Part shown: in pieces, positions 27,301-36,173 of the stretch | Position numbering within the stretch: position 1 is the stretch's first letter | Layout: each line of letters begins with the position of its first letter | Origin: Planctomycetota bacterium | GTDB taxonomy: Bacteria > Planctomycetota > UBA8742 > UBA2392 | Reading direction: 5' to 3' | Length of the DNA stretch: 64,000 nucleotides | Assembly (NCBI GenBank): GCA_019636215.1 | Contig: JAHBXZ010000001.1 | Location: 69,694-133,693 of the forward strand | Notes under the pieces: model-generated | Database searches by the model: none | Seen by the model: only the letters and a program-made list of their open reading frames with translations | Told to the model about the DNA's origin: nothing | Made by a program: the position numbers and the translations under genes

Positions 27301-27806
27301 TTGAGCCCCGGGCCAAGGGCCCCAAATCGGCCACCATTGAGTTCAACCACAACGATTCGGCCGTGGCCGCACCCTTCAGCATTGCCGTGGCGGGCTTCGG
27401 CACGGACGCCCAGGGCGTCACGCTGATGACGGGCGGCGTACTGGTGCCCGGCCGACTGGGCAGCAGCTACACGATGCAGTTCACGGCGGTGGGGGGCACG
27501 CAGCCTTACATGTGGGCGGTGGCTTCGGGTGTGCTGCCTGCAGGGATGGTGCTTGGATCGGACGGCAAACTCTCGGGCACGCCGACGGGCAGCTTCGGCA
27601 TCTTCCACTTTCGTGTGAAGGTGATCGACGACCTGCAGGGTGAAGACGAACGCCAGTTCGAACTCGCCATCCAGCCCGCGCCGGGAACCACCTCATCCGG
27701 CGGCAGCGCAGGCGGGGGCGGCTGCGTGGCCGGGGCATCCGGCGGCCTTGCCGCGCTGGCCTTGCTGCTGGCCGCCGCGGCCGTGCGCCGCCGCAGATCA
27801 GCATGA
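24354..27806 (+). CDS. large secreted protein with GEVED domain, three choice-of-anchor-D repeats and a MYXO-CTERM-like C-terminal sorting tail
   Basis: Signal peptide. The GEVED signature is DYGDAP...FYFGEIEDW. Three ~80-aa repeats read (V/M)LTG..AG.F...V.F.P...G..SA.(V/I)EF.HN. The C-terminus GGGGCVAGASGGLAALALLLAAAAVRRRRSA is the Gly-Gly-Cys / hydrophobic / Arg-cluster pattern. Confidence 0.7.
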   Translation: MRTTIIMLLACAGTLLAAQDYGDAPHPYPQKTAWSATTSEIILGSVVSSDTQNPVPGGWNADNDDGVVGSPLWNPVADDNQLTVRVGGGNTGYLTLWVDANDDGTWDVSERYRYTTIHVAPNADYTFTGIRLQRPQGFSRNGANKVAVRIEVQENFGGPPNLSPTGAFYFGEIEDWLIDCTAPAFTVHTLALREAVEGRPIHAPISAASGVPPYTWQLVSGSVPAGLTLVQSGNQFLLSGTPGAGTGSGSPLYSLQVQVTDATAQVAQRTLQLRVLAAPVAAPFMDDFSTNRGWVLGNTWSRAAAVAYLGLGVDYLGETCTEPATDATPTSTDNMILADSLGGPFTMNQLVPKTLWATSPIVDCSALASVQLRFKRWASTQIGDYTDGTDRLVIEASNDGLTWTNVWKSSSEAASGALVDMAWTLRVFDISAVAAGQPRVQVRFGVGPSIDKTLANPYIATVPDDFAGWCIDDLSIAAPPLDALQVSGFTLQSPMQFQHPDNQQTYPVGMRSYPHLFTALASNPTSQAVLLDSCEVGITWPQQPGHSHSATIAFHNGHQSWYDAGTWTLNAPVTLAAGQSGVTVMGTLQCNGLLPHLAYQVMRCRLYLRGTVIATGEPFESTAVMECVFDDSPSGLHVREANPGSAPGAEILWGETASGLRNFGSVPATVPATPGNWINIICQTNSSNVFTVQPPVLTGPDAGQFEIYSPIPWVDTPVQGLNNVWFSVRFRPTSLGAKSAWVEFSHTAINAPTPFRFEVIGTGVGTAPIVEVREQQTGGLVGNGATAFGQRDFGQVDISSWPTSPRHFIVNNVGSMALTLGTPVLTGPGAGAFVLDLSQFSTSIAPGAHATIGVSFNPAALGHFSAWVEFTHNDTGTANPFTFEVKGQGVITAPTIEVRLGGQFGPIVVPGTPAGGLTQFGALQVGGGPSGALTIYIRNLGVNALQVDAAMLTGTHAADFILTAPALPATLANGQSVTFDIAFEPRAKGPKSATIEFNHNDSAVAAPFSIAVAGFGTDAQGVTLMTGGVLVPGRLGSSYTMQFTAVGGTQPYMWAVASGVLPAGMVLGSDGKLSGTPTGSFGIFHFRVKVIDDLQGEDERQFELAIQPAPGTTSSGGSAGGGGCVAGASGGLAALALLLAAAAVRRRRSA

Positions 27807-27935
27807 GTTCCCCCGTTGTGCGGCGCGGGACTCTCCTCCGCCGTGACGCGCAGCGAAGGCAGGGCCGGGTGCCGCACACCCGGCCCTTTGCTTTGCGCGG
27901 GAGATGCCGAGCCTGGGGTCTGCTATCATGCCGCC

Positions 27936-29384
27936 ATGCGTACCATCCTGCTTGTGGCCACCCTGCTGGCCTGCGGCCTGAACGCCGCCGAACTTTTTGT
28001 CGCCACCACCGGCGACGACGCCGCCATGGGCAGCAAGGATGCCCCGCTGGCCTCGCTGACCAGGGCCCTGGCGCTGGCCAAGGCGGGCGACACCATCACC
28101 CTGCGCGCGGGCACCTATGCCGGCGGCCAGACGATCAGCCTGCCCGACATCACCGTGCAGTCGTTTGCAGGGGAGACCGCCACGGTCAAGGTGCCCAACG
28201 ATGTCGAACGCCAGGGCAACTGCCTGTGGGCCACGGCCAACGATGTGGCCTTCAAGCGTTTGGACATCGAGGGCGGCTTTTACTACGTGCTAAAATTCGA
28301 ACTGGGCGTGGTGGGGGGCTTGGTTGAAGATTGCCGCGTGCACGGCAGCGGGCGCGACTGCATCAAGATCGCCGGGGCCGACAGAATCACCATCCGGCGC
28401 TGCGAAATCTATGACAGCGGTCTGCGCGATAGCTCCAACGCCGAGGGCATTGATAACGTCAATGGCGACTACATGCTGGTTCAGGATTGTTACATCCACG
28501 ACATTGCCACCTGCGGGGTGTACCCCAAGGGCGGCAGCATCGGCAGCATCATTGAGCGCTGCTTCATCACCCGCTGCAACGCCGCGGGCATCAGCATGGC
28601 CCAATCCAGCGGCCTGCAGTTCTACGACAAGCAGGCCAACCCCGAATTTTACTCGTGCCGCGACTGCATCGCCCGCAACAACATTATTGTCGATATCAAG
28701 GGCAGCGGCATTGACCTCGAGGCCGCCCTGCGCCCCAAGGTCTACAACAATACGCTGGTGAATGTCGCCCAGACTATGCGCGCGGGCATTCGCATCTGTG
28801 GCAACAACAAGGGCGGCGACGCAGGCCTGGTCAAGGTGAAGGACGCTGACATCCGCAACAACATCATCGTGATCAGCGCCGAGTCACGCCGCCCGGCCAT
28901 CGCCATGCACAAGGACAGCCACGAGGGCACTCTCACACTCAGCAATAACCACTATCACAAGGTTGGCGGCAAACCCCTGTTCTGGTGGGAGCCCGACAAC
29001 GCTTACAACCTGGACCTCGATGGCTGGCAGAAGGCCAGCGGCGAGAAAGAAGCCACCCAGGGCGACCCCGGCCTGGACGAAACCTGGCACCTCAAGAAGG
29101 ACAGCCCCTGCATCGGCAAGGCCGCAAATCTCGCGCCGACCGAGAAGGAAGCCAAAGACAAGCCGGCCACAGGCAAACGCAACCCCGAGGCCAAGGCCGA
29201 GGCCAGGCCAACCGCACCCGAGTTCGCAGAAGACTACGACGGCAACCAGCGCCCCGGCCAAAAGGACCGCAAACCCTGGGACCAGGGCGCCGACCAAACC
29301 GGCGCAGACCCCCTACCCACCCCACCCAGAAAAGAAACCCCAGGCACCGGGGCCAGAGCCGACCAAAGGAGCGCGAAGCGTTAG
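27936..29384 (+). CDS. secreted right-handed parallel beta-helix protein (pectate-lyase-like fold) with low-complexity C-terminal tail
   Basis: Internal ATG at 27936 gives MRTILLVATLLACGLNAAE. Beta-helix-type repeats (DCRVHGSGRDCIKIAGADRITIRRCEIYDSG...NVNGDYMLVQDCYIHDIATCG). Lys/Glu/Pro-rich tail. Confidence 0.6.
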   Translation: MRTILLVATLLACGLNAAELFVATTGDDAAMGSKDAPLASLTRALALAKAGDTITLRAGTYAGGQTISLPDITVQSFAGETATVKVPNDVERQGNCLWATANDVAFKRLDIEGGFYYVLKFELGVVGGLVEDCRVHGSGRDCIKIAGADRITIRRCEIYDSGLRDSSNAEGIDNVNGDYMLVQDCYIHDIATCGVYPKGGSIGSIIERCFITRCNAAGISMAQSSGLQFYDKQANPEFYSCRDCIARNNIIVDIKGSGIDLEAALRPKVYNNTLVNVAQTMRAGIRICGNNKGGDAGLVKVKDADIRNNIIVISAESRRPAIAMHKDSHEGTLTLSNNHYHKVGGKPLFWWEPDNAYNLDLDGWQKASGEKEATQGDPGLDETWHLKKDSPCIGKAANLAPTEKEAKDKPATGKRNPEAKAEARPTAPEFAEDYDGNQRPGQKDRKPWDQGADQTGADPLPTPPRKETPGTGARADQRSAKR

Positions 29385-29449
29385 CGAGCCACCGATTGAC
29401 TCCGGATCAACCTCTGCTTTCGGCGTGAGCCACGTGATATCTTCCGGCT

Positions 29450-31096
29450 ATGCAGACCATTCCAATCATCGATCTGTTTGCGGGACCCGGGGGTCTGGGT
29501 GAGGGCTTTTCGGCATATGAGCCTGAGGTTGCTCAGGCTGGCCGCGTCTTTCGTATTGCCCTGTCCATTGAGAAGGACAAGCACGCCCACGACACTCTGC
29601 TACTGCGTACGTTCTTCCGTCAGTTCCCCAAAGGAGAGGTGCCCGAAAGTTACTACCAGTACCTAAAGGGCAGGGTTACTCGCGAATCACTCTTCAAGGC
29701 CCATGTGACAGAAGCGGACGCAGCAGCCAAAGTGGCGTGGCTGGCCACCTTGGGCAAGATTCGGAAAGACAAATTGAAGTCACGCATCACCGAGGCACTC
29801 GGCGGAGCCCGCTTTTGGGTACTTATCGGCGGCCCGCCTTGCCAGGCCTATTCCTTGATAGGACGCGCGCGGACTGGCGAGGATAACGAGAAGGACTCGC
29901 GTCATGTTCTGTATCGCCACTACCTGCGTATCATCGCCGAACACGAGCCCCCGGTGTTCGTCATGGAGAATGTTCGCGGCCTCTTGTCCGCCAAGCGGAA
30001 GGGCCAGGACATTTTCAAGCGAATGCGGTCCGACCTTGAACAACCCGCGAAGGCACTGGGGATGGGCAATGGTGCAGGATACACGTTGCACGGCCTTGCC
30101 CCAGGCACTGGAAGCGCAGTTGAGGCAAACGACGGCTTCATCCTGCGGAGTGAACGCCTCGGTATTCCCCAGGCCCGTCACAGAGTAATCATCGTTGGAG
30201 TCCGCAACGACTCAGGGCTCAGGCCAGAGCGATTGAGCCCTGTGACCGATACCCCTGATGTTTTTGACGTCCACTTCGGCCTGCCAGCGCTCCGCAGTAA
30301 GCTCAGCCGCGAGGTGGACTCGACGGAGGCGTGGCGGTCCGCCATCCAAGAGTTCGCCAGTGACAAATGGCTGGGCATGATTGCAGACGACAAGTGTCGG
30401 GAGTCCATCCGGCGCGCTGCGGGCAGCCTGACACACGGCCACAGTATCGGGGGGCCCGTGACCTCCCCACCATTGAAGCTGGCAGCATGGTTGACCGACC
30501 CCAAGCTGACGGAGGCATGCAATCATGAAGCTCGTGGGCACATGCGCCAAGATCTTTGGCGGTACATGTTCGCAGCCTGCTTCGCACAAGTACATGGGCG
30601 CACACCCAGCCTGAACGACTTTCCGGACTTTCTAATGCCCAAGCACAAAAACGTAGCACAGTCCGAGGATCGCCCGTTCAACGATCGGTTTCGAGTGCAA
30701 TGTCCGCGCTCGCCAGCTACTACGGTAACAGCCCACATTTCCAAAGACGGGCACTACTACATCCACCACGACCCGTCTCAGTGTCGTTCTTGGACGGTGC
30801 GCGAAGCGGCCCGTATCCAGACCTTTCCCGACAACTACTTCTTCGAGGGTCCGCGAACAAGCCAGTTCCAGCAGGTGGGCAACGCTGTGCCGCCGCTGCT
30901 TGCGCACAAAATCGCCACGTCGGTCTACAAGCTACTGCAGGAGTGGATGCATGGACAAGATCAGCCCCGCACATCGCGCATGGAACATGAGCAGGATTCG
31001 CAGTCGTGGCACAGAGCCGGAACGTCAGGTCCGACAGACACTGAGGAAGCTTCACCTGCGCTACCGTTCGCAGCAAAGGCTGCCCGGCACCCCTGA
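29450..31096 (+). CDS. dcm: DNA (cytosine-5)-methyltransferase
   Basis: Motif I DLFAGPGGLGEGF, motif IV GGPPCQAYS, motif VI ENV, motif X QVGNAVPPLLA. The 3' end overlaps vsr, as in classical dcm-vsr pairs. Confidence 0.85.
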   Translation: MQTIPIIDLFAGPGGLGEGFSAYEPEVAQAGRVFRIALSIEKDKHAHDTLLLRTFFRQFPKGEVPESYYQYLKGRVTRESLFKAHVTEADAAAKVAWLATLGKIRKDKLKSRITEALGGARFWVLIGGPPCQAYSLIGRARTGEDNEKDSRHVLYRHYLRIIAEHEPPVFVMENVRGLLSAKRKGQDIFKRMRSDLEQPAKALGMGNGAGYTLHGLAPGTGSAVEANDGFILRSERLGIPQARHRVIIVGVRNDSGLRPERLSPVTDTPDVFDVHFGLPALRSKLSREVDSTEAWRSAIQEFASDKWLGMIADDKCRESIRRAAGSLTHGHSIGGPVTSPPLKLAAWLTDPKLTEACNHEARGHMRQDLWRYMFAACFAQVHGRTPSLNDFPDFLMPKHKNVAQSEDRPFNDRFRVQCPRSPATTVTAHISKDGHYYIHHDPSQCRSWTVREAARIQTFPDNYFFEGPRTSQFQQVGNAVPPLLAHKIATSVYKLLQEWMHGQDQPRTSRMEHEQDSQSWHRAGTSGPTDTEEASPALPFAAKAARHP

Positions 31097-31370
31097 TTTC
31101 GTCCTGATCGACCACAGAGCGGCGGTATTCGTGCATGGCTGCTTCTGGCACAGGCATCCGCGCTGTAGATTCGCCTACACTCCGAAGTCGCGAGTACAGT
31201 TCTGGCGTCAAAAGTTCGAATCCAACGTCCAGCGAGATCGCCGGGCACGGAAGCTGTTGCGCCGAGGCGGGTGGAGGACTATCGTCATATGGGAATGCCA
31301 GTTGCGCGACCCTGCACGGGTGATGCGCAGGCTGGCCATCCGAACCAATCGGAGCCCTCGCAATGCCTGA
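30951..31370 (+). CDS. vsr: very-short-patch repair endonuclease
   Basis: MSRIRSRGTEPERQVRQTLRKLHLRYR...LPGTPDFVL...AVFVHGCFWHRH...IVIWECQL is canonical Vsr. The start could be ATG 30951 or 30984. Confidence 0.85.
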   Translation: MDKISPAHRAWNMSRIRSRGTEPERQVRQTLRKLHLRYRSQQRLPGTPDFVLIDHRAAVFVHGCFWHRHPRCRFAYTPKSRVQFWRQKFESNVQRDRRARKLLRRGGWRTIVIWECQLRDPARVMRRLAIRTNRSPRNA

Positions 31371-31629
31371 GATGTCCTTGCTCTTGTCCAATCCGCCGAG
31401 CACGCCCCGAGCGGCCGCCCGGTGGCTGCGCGAGATCACGCGCAGACTTGGACCTGGCTTCCACCTCGGTGACCGCGCAAACCCCTATGCGGCTGACGAC
31501 TCATGGGCAGCGGAAGCATTGAAGGAGGGCCTAGATTCCTGCGCCGCGTTGCTCGACGCGTGCGGACGTGACCCCTGCAAGATCGCGATCAAGGTGCAAC
31601 GCCGCCTCCTTGACTTCCCAGAGTCGTAA
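31363..31629 (+). CDS. small hypothetical protein, start overlaps the vsr stop (ATGcctGA)
   Basis: 88-aa ORF with a stop-start overlap. No motif recognised. Confidence 0.3.
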   Translation: MPEMSLLLSNPPSTPRAAARWLREITRRLGPGFHLGDRANPYAADDSWAAEALKEGLDSCAALLDACGRDPCKIAIKVQRRLLDFPES

Positions 31630-31686
31630 GTTCTGTCGGGACCGAAGCAGAAAGGGAGTTCTCTGATTCGACAAGGATGATAGCGC

Positions 31687-33627
31687 ATGAGCAAGGCAGT
31701 CTGGACATTCGTCAGCCCACAGAAGGCAGACCCGAACGTCGACCCAGTCCAAGAAGAGTTCTTCGACCAAGAGGACATCCGTTCGAATGCGGATGCGCTG
31801 GTTCGGGAGAGCATTCAAAATTCGCTGGACGCACGTGCGGGAAGCGCACCCGTTCGCGTTCGGTTCACTTTCGCACCGTCTGAGCGCGGGATCATGCCGG
31901 GAGTCCGCGACTGGTATCTCGCCGGATTCCTGGATCACCTCCGAGCGGCTGTCGACTCGCCGGCCAACCTGCCCGATCTAGACAAGCCTATCCCGTTCCT
32001 GCTGATTGAGGACTTCGGCACAAGGGGGCTCGGCGGGGACCCCGGACAGACCCACGACGTCGTCATGGGCCACACTTCCGAGTCAAAAGACCCGCATGCG
32101 TTCTATTACTTCTGGCGCAACATCGGTCGCGGAAATAAGGCTGGATCGGATCGCGGCCGGTGGGGCTTGGGTAAAATTGTGTTTCCGGCGGCTAGCCGTT
32201 GTCGCTGTTTTTTTGGGCTCACAATACGTGCCACCGACCAGCGGTGTATGCTGATGGGCCAAGCGGTGCTCAAGACCCATCAGCTAGTTCCTGGCGGGTT
32301 ACGCTTCAACCCGTACGCCTATTTTGGCATCAGAGACGCTGACAACTTCACGATGCCCGTCGAGGATGCACCCTCCCTGCAAGCGTTTCGCAAGCACTTC
32401 GCGCTGGCGCGTGGCGGCGAGCCGGGTCTGTCGATCGTCATCCCTCACCCCGCGCAAGACATTACCGTCGCAGATATCAGGATGTCGGTCCTTCACCACT
32501 ATTTCTGGCCGATTTTGGCAGGTGACTTGATAGTTGAAGTTGGTGACGGCGTATCCAGTAGCACGCTGAATGCATCTACCTTGGGCCAAGTGGTAAAGAC
32601 CCACGATCCTTCAATCCATGGTTTGGTTGAGCTGGCCCGTTGGGCGCTCGATCCCGCGACCAAACCTATCGACTTATTACTGCCAAATGCGCACCCGAAG
32701 TGGGAGCGGGAGAGTGTGGATGTTGCCGCACTTCAAAGCTTGATTGCTCAGTACAACCAAATGCGGCCTATTGCGGTGCGCGTTCCGGTCACAGTACGGA
32801 AGAGCACTTCCACTGCCGTCGACGCCAATTCGTACTTTGACGTGTTCCTTGAGCGACTTGAAGGGTCGGTGGAGCCTGAGCAGGCGTTCGTTCGTCACGG
32901 CATGACGGTGTCAGGGGTCACATCCATCCGCCAAGGCGGTGTTAGAGGAATCGTAAACATCCAAGATGAACCGCTGGCCGAGTTCCTGGGAGATGCTGAG
33001 AACGTCGCCCACACCAAGTGGGAGGAGCGTACTAAGCGCTTCAAAGGCCATTACGATAAGGGGCCACTGCTTCTCAGATTTGTAAAGGGCAGCTTGAAGG
33101 GACTGGTTTCGTTGCTGACAGAAGCGCCAGAAGAAGAGCTTGTGGACGCACTTCGTGAGTTCTTTTTCACCAATGTGTCATCTGTTGACGGCGCTAAGAG
33201 TGGTCAAGGTGGCAAGGGTAAGGCCGCCAGAGCGGGCCCCCCTGCGCTTCCAGGAGATATACCAGCAAAAACGCCGAGAGGCTTCACCCTCTCACAAGTC
33301 GCTGGGGGTTTCTCGATACTCGGTCGTGCAGATGCGCCATTGCCAACGGCACTTGAGTTCGAAGTCGCGTACGCGCGCCGGAAGAACCCCTTTGGAGCGT
33401 ACTCGCCGATGGACTTCGACCTCACTGGCGAGGGGTTCGTAGTTACAGTAAGTAATGCACGAGTCCAGTACCCTTCGCCCAACCGCGTGCGGGTTATCCC
33501 TAGCGCATTGGACTTCAGCGTTCGAGTTGCGGGGTTTGACATCAATCGCGATATCATCGTTCGCGAGCGCAAGGCCAAGGACTTGGAAGGGGATGTTGGT
33601 GAGCAAGTGGAGGATGACGACCAGTGA
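31687..33627 (+). CDS. GHKL-superfamily ATPase (MORC/MutL-like Bergerat fold) with long C-terminal region
   Basis: N-box ALVRESIQNSLDA. G1 box LLIEDFGTRGLGG. G2 box GRGNKAGSDRGRWGLGK. 646 aa. Sits directly after dcm-vsr in a lower-GC block. Confidence 0.6.
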   Translation: MSKAVWTFVSPQKADPNVDPVQEEFFDQEDIRSNADALVRESIQNSLDARAGSAPVRVRFTFAPSERGIMPGVRDWYLAGFLDHLRAAVDSPANLPDLDKPIPFLLIEDFGTRGLGGDPGQTHDVVMGHTSESKDPHAFYYFWRNIGRGNKAGSDRGRWGLGKIVFPAASRCRCFFGLTIRATDQRCMLMGQAVLKTHQLVPGGLRFNPYAYFGIRDADNFTMPVEDAPSLQAFRKHFALARGGEPGLSIVIPHPAQDITVADIRMSVLHHYFWPILAGDLIVEVGDGVSSSTLNASTLGQVVKTHDPSIHGLVELARWALDPATKPIDLLLPNAHPKWERESVDVAALQSLIAQYNQMRPIAVRVPVTVRKSTSTAVDANSYFDVFLERLEGSVEPEQAFVRHGMTVSGVTSIRQGGVRGIVNIQDEPLAEFLGDAENVAHTKWEERTKRFKGHYDKGPLLLRFVKGSLKGLVSLLTEAPEEELVDALREFFFTNVSSVDGAKSGQGGKGKAARAGPPALPGDIPAKTPRGFTLSQVAGGFSILGRADAPLPTALEFEVAYARRKNPFGAYSPMDFDLTGEGFVVTVSNARVQYPSPNRVRVIPSALDFSVRVAGFDINRDIIVRERKAKDLEGDVGEQVEDDDQ

Positions 33628-34400
33628 GACGCCGCTTCAATTTTACTGGCCGAGTTGCGCTCAAGGGCCGCAATGCTTCGGTGCGCTTGACCAAGACACC
33701 CGAAGGTCGATTCCAGTTTGATGCATTCCTGGACTTCTCCGACTTGTCTCTGCCGGCCGACGGGAGGGTATTCGTTGAGGCCTACTTTCAAGCGACCCGC
33801 AAGCGATTCAGCTTTGGCTTAGTCAGTAAGGTAGCGCCTCCCTCGATGCGGTTCTTGGATGAGTTTGGCGACCCGCAAGCAGTTCTGTTTCGCGTAAAAG
33901 TGCTTGGACAGGATGGAAGACCCGTTCTGTTGGCCGACGCGGACCAACTATCCCCCCAAGACGTCGCTGATGACGCATCACGACGAAGCCTCCTGTCCTT
34001 TGTTGCGAGCGACTTGGGGGAGACCGCGTGGCGAGTGCAGCTTCGAGAGACCAACTACCCGCTCCTGCACGTGAACAAGGAGTTGCCGGACCCGCTGAAT
34101 CTGACACAGACCGATCCCCGCTTTCACGCCTTTGTGTTCCCTGCCGTCATTCGGCAGGTACTCCACCACGTGCTGGTCACCGAGAAGTTCGTTTCGGACC
34201 CCGACCCCGACCCGGTCGACCGATGGATGAACGAATGGGTGCAGTTCGGCGAGCGGCTGACGAGCACGCAAGCTCCGGAGCAAGTGGACGGCGAGCCGGA
34301 TGTCGAGGCTTGCAGCATTTGGATTGGCAGTGTCATTGACGCCTTTGCCAGTCAATTGGGTTCCGTAACCAAGGCACGCAAGGCCATGATTGGGGATTGA
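33624..34400 (+). CDS. hypothetical protein, translationally coupled (GTGA overlap) to the GHKL ATPase gene
   Basis: 258-aa ORF. No motif recognised. No obvious PD-(D/E)xK or HNH pattern. Confidence 0.4.
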   Translation: MRRRFNFTGRVALKGRNASVRLTKTPEGRFQFDAFLDFSDLSLPADGRVFVEAYFQATRKRFSFGLVSKVAPPSMRFLDEFGDPQAVLFRVKVLGQDGRPVLLADADQLSPQDVADDASRRSLLSFVASDLGETAWRVQLRETNYPLLHVNKELPDPLNLTQTDPRFHAFVFPAVIRQVLHHVLVTEKFVSDPDPDPVDRWMNEWVQFGERLTSTQAPEQVDGEPDVEACSIWIGSVIDAFASQLGSVTKARKAMIGD

Positions 34401-35112
34401 AATGCCTCAACTCCGCCGTTTCAACCAGCACGGCATGTCTCAATTCAAGCAGTTCTTGGAGGTGTTGAGGGCCGATCCTAAGGTACCCCGCCCCCTAGAA
34501 CTTCTTGCTGATCCTACAGGAACCGAAGTGGTGACTGACTCGCACCTGCTGGAAGAACGAACATTTGACACCCGCTTCGAGGTCGCCGAGTTCGTGGATG
34601 CGATTCTTTCAGCGGCTGGAGTCAAGGCCGCATTCACCGATACTGGGCTGTGGGCATGGCTGGCCTGTTACTTTTTTCCCACACTCTACGCCCCAGATGC
34701 CAAAGGCCCCGGCAAGCCCGACTATTGGATACCGGAGCAGAGCTGGAAAGGTTACTACCGCCACCGCATCGCCGGACCGCTTGGCGTATATGTCGCTCAC
34801 CGGGATCATTTGGCCGACGCGGCGATTTTGCTAAAGACCCCAGCAAGCGTTCATGGTGAATACTCCGAGCAATTGGCTTCCCGTCAGGAACGCGTTACTA
34901 GTCGGGCGGTCGTGGGAGTCGCCACGACCTTATACTTCAACAAGGCAAGTGGCACTGTGAAAAAGGGTGGCCAGTCACGAAAGAAGCCGGGAACCTTGCT
35001 TCGCTACTTAGGGTTTCTTGACCAGTTGGACTTGACCTACGACCTCTACTCCGTGACCGTGGACGAGTTACTCGCGTTGCTGCCGCCAGAGTTTGACCGG
35101 TTCAAGAAGTAG
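34390..35112 (+). CDS. hypothetical protein, overlaps the upstream gene by 11 nt
   Basis: 240-aa ORF with balanced composition. No motif recognised. Confidence 0.4.
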   Translation: MGIEMPQLRRFNQHGMSQFKQFLEVLRADPKVPRPLELLADPTGTEVVTDSHLLEERTFDTRFEVAEFVDAILSAAGVKAAFTDTGLWAWLACYFFPTLYAPDAKGPGKPDYWIPEQSWKGYYRHRIAGPLGVYVAHRDHLADAAILLKTPASVHGEYSEQLASRQERVTSRAVVGVATTLYFNKASGTVKKGGQSRKKPGTLLRYLGFLDQLDLTYDLYSVTVDELLALLPPEFDRFKK

Positions 35113-35167
35113 TTGACCTGCGCCATGGGGCTGGCGGCTGGAGCCACCACGACTTCCGCGGCGACAA

Positions 35168-35359
35168 GTGGACCAACACCACAACGAAGCCAACCGCCGC
35201 TATCTGCTGAATGCCTACCGCGTGCTGCTCACGCGCGCACGCCAGGGCATGGTCATCTTTGTGCCGCCCGGCAGCCCAAGCGACCCCACGCGCAACCCGG
35301 CTTGGTACGACGCGACGTTTGAGTATCTGCGCAGTGCCGGAATCTCCTTGCTGGCATGA
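35168..35359 (+). pseudogene. orphan 3' fragment of an SF1-helicase/DUF2075-type gene
   Basis: The 63-aa ORF NRRYLLNAYRVLLTRARQGMVIFVP resembles the C-terminal (L)YVA(L/M)TRAR..L.I motif of SF1 helicases. No upstream remainder is present. Confidence 0.3.
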
Positions 35360-35402
35360 GCGAAACGCCGACCCAGCCCGCCTTGGGTTGCCGCGGACGT
35401 AG

Positions 35403-36107
35403 TTGTATACAAAACTGACCCGCCGACGCGGACACGTCGTGCGCCCTCAACAAGGCCAACTGGACTGTTCCATGACCTGCCGACTCTCTCAAATCGTTGA
35501 TGGGCCCGAACCCTTGTTTGCGGCTTTCGATTTTCCTGTAGATGCCGAGGCCATCCGAGACTGGCGCCCGCGCTACAACATTGCACCGGGCGGGCAGGCC
35601 TTGATCGTTCACGGCGACCCGAAATCCGCCCAGGCCACCATGATGAGCTGGGCCCAAGGCATGGGCCGGCTGCGCCCCTGGGCGCGCGACGACACGTTTG
35701 TCAAAGGGCGCTACAAGTCCGCATTGCGCTGCGTCATCCCGGTGCCCGGCTTCTACGACTGGCCAAGCGGAACAAAGAAAGCGTTTTTTGTGCAGCCAAC
35801 CGACCGCAAGATTCTAGCGTTCGCGGGCATTTATACAGAACACGAGGGATGAGGCACGTTTGCAGTGCTCACCACCGAGCCAAACGCCGACATCAAGCCT
35901 CTGCACCATCGCATGGCGATCTACTTGGAACCCGCGGAGTGCCAGTTATGGCTCAACCCCAGCACGCCAACGCCCGAACTGCACAGCCTGATGAAACAGT
36001 GGCCGGGAGGACGACTGAACCACCACCAAGTGTCAACGCGAGTACACAACCGCAAGCACGACGACGCGGAGTGCATCAAGCCCCTCGAAAAGAACGCCCG
36101 CGACTAG
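35403..36107 (+). pseudogene. SOS-response-associated peptidase (SRAP/YedK) gene interrupted by an in-frame TGA
   Basis: MTCRLSQ...RPRYNIAPGGQALIV...AFAGIYTEHEG-TGA(35850-35852)-GTFAVLTTEPNADIKPLHHRMAIYL...STRVHNRKHDDAEC. Both halves are in the same frame. Extra Thr before the usual catalytic Cys2. Confidence 0.55.
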
Positions 36108-36173
36108 ACGCGCGATCACGCACCCAACGCTTGACGAACAACCCCGAACCGGCAAGATAGAAACAACAATCGA

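Noticed and set aside
24768-27608. Minus-strand ORFs of 376 and 559 aa inside the large surface-protein gene
   Set aside because: Antisense to a gene with clear domain repeats and a signal peptide. Arg/Gly/Ala-rich garbage composition.
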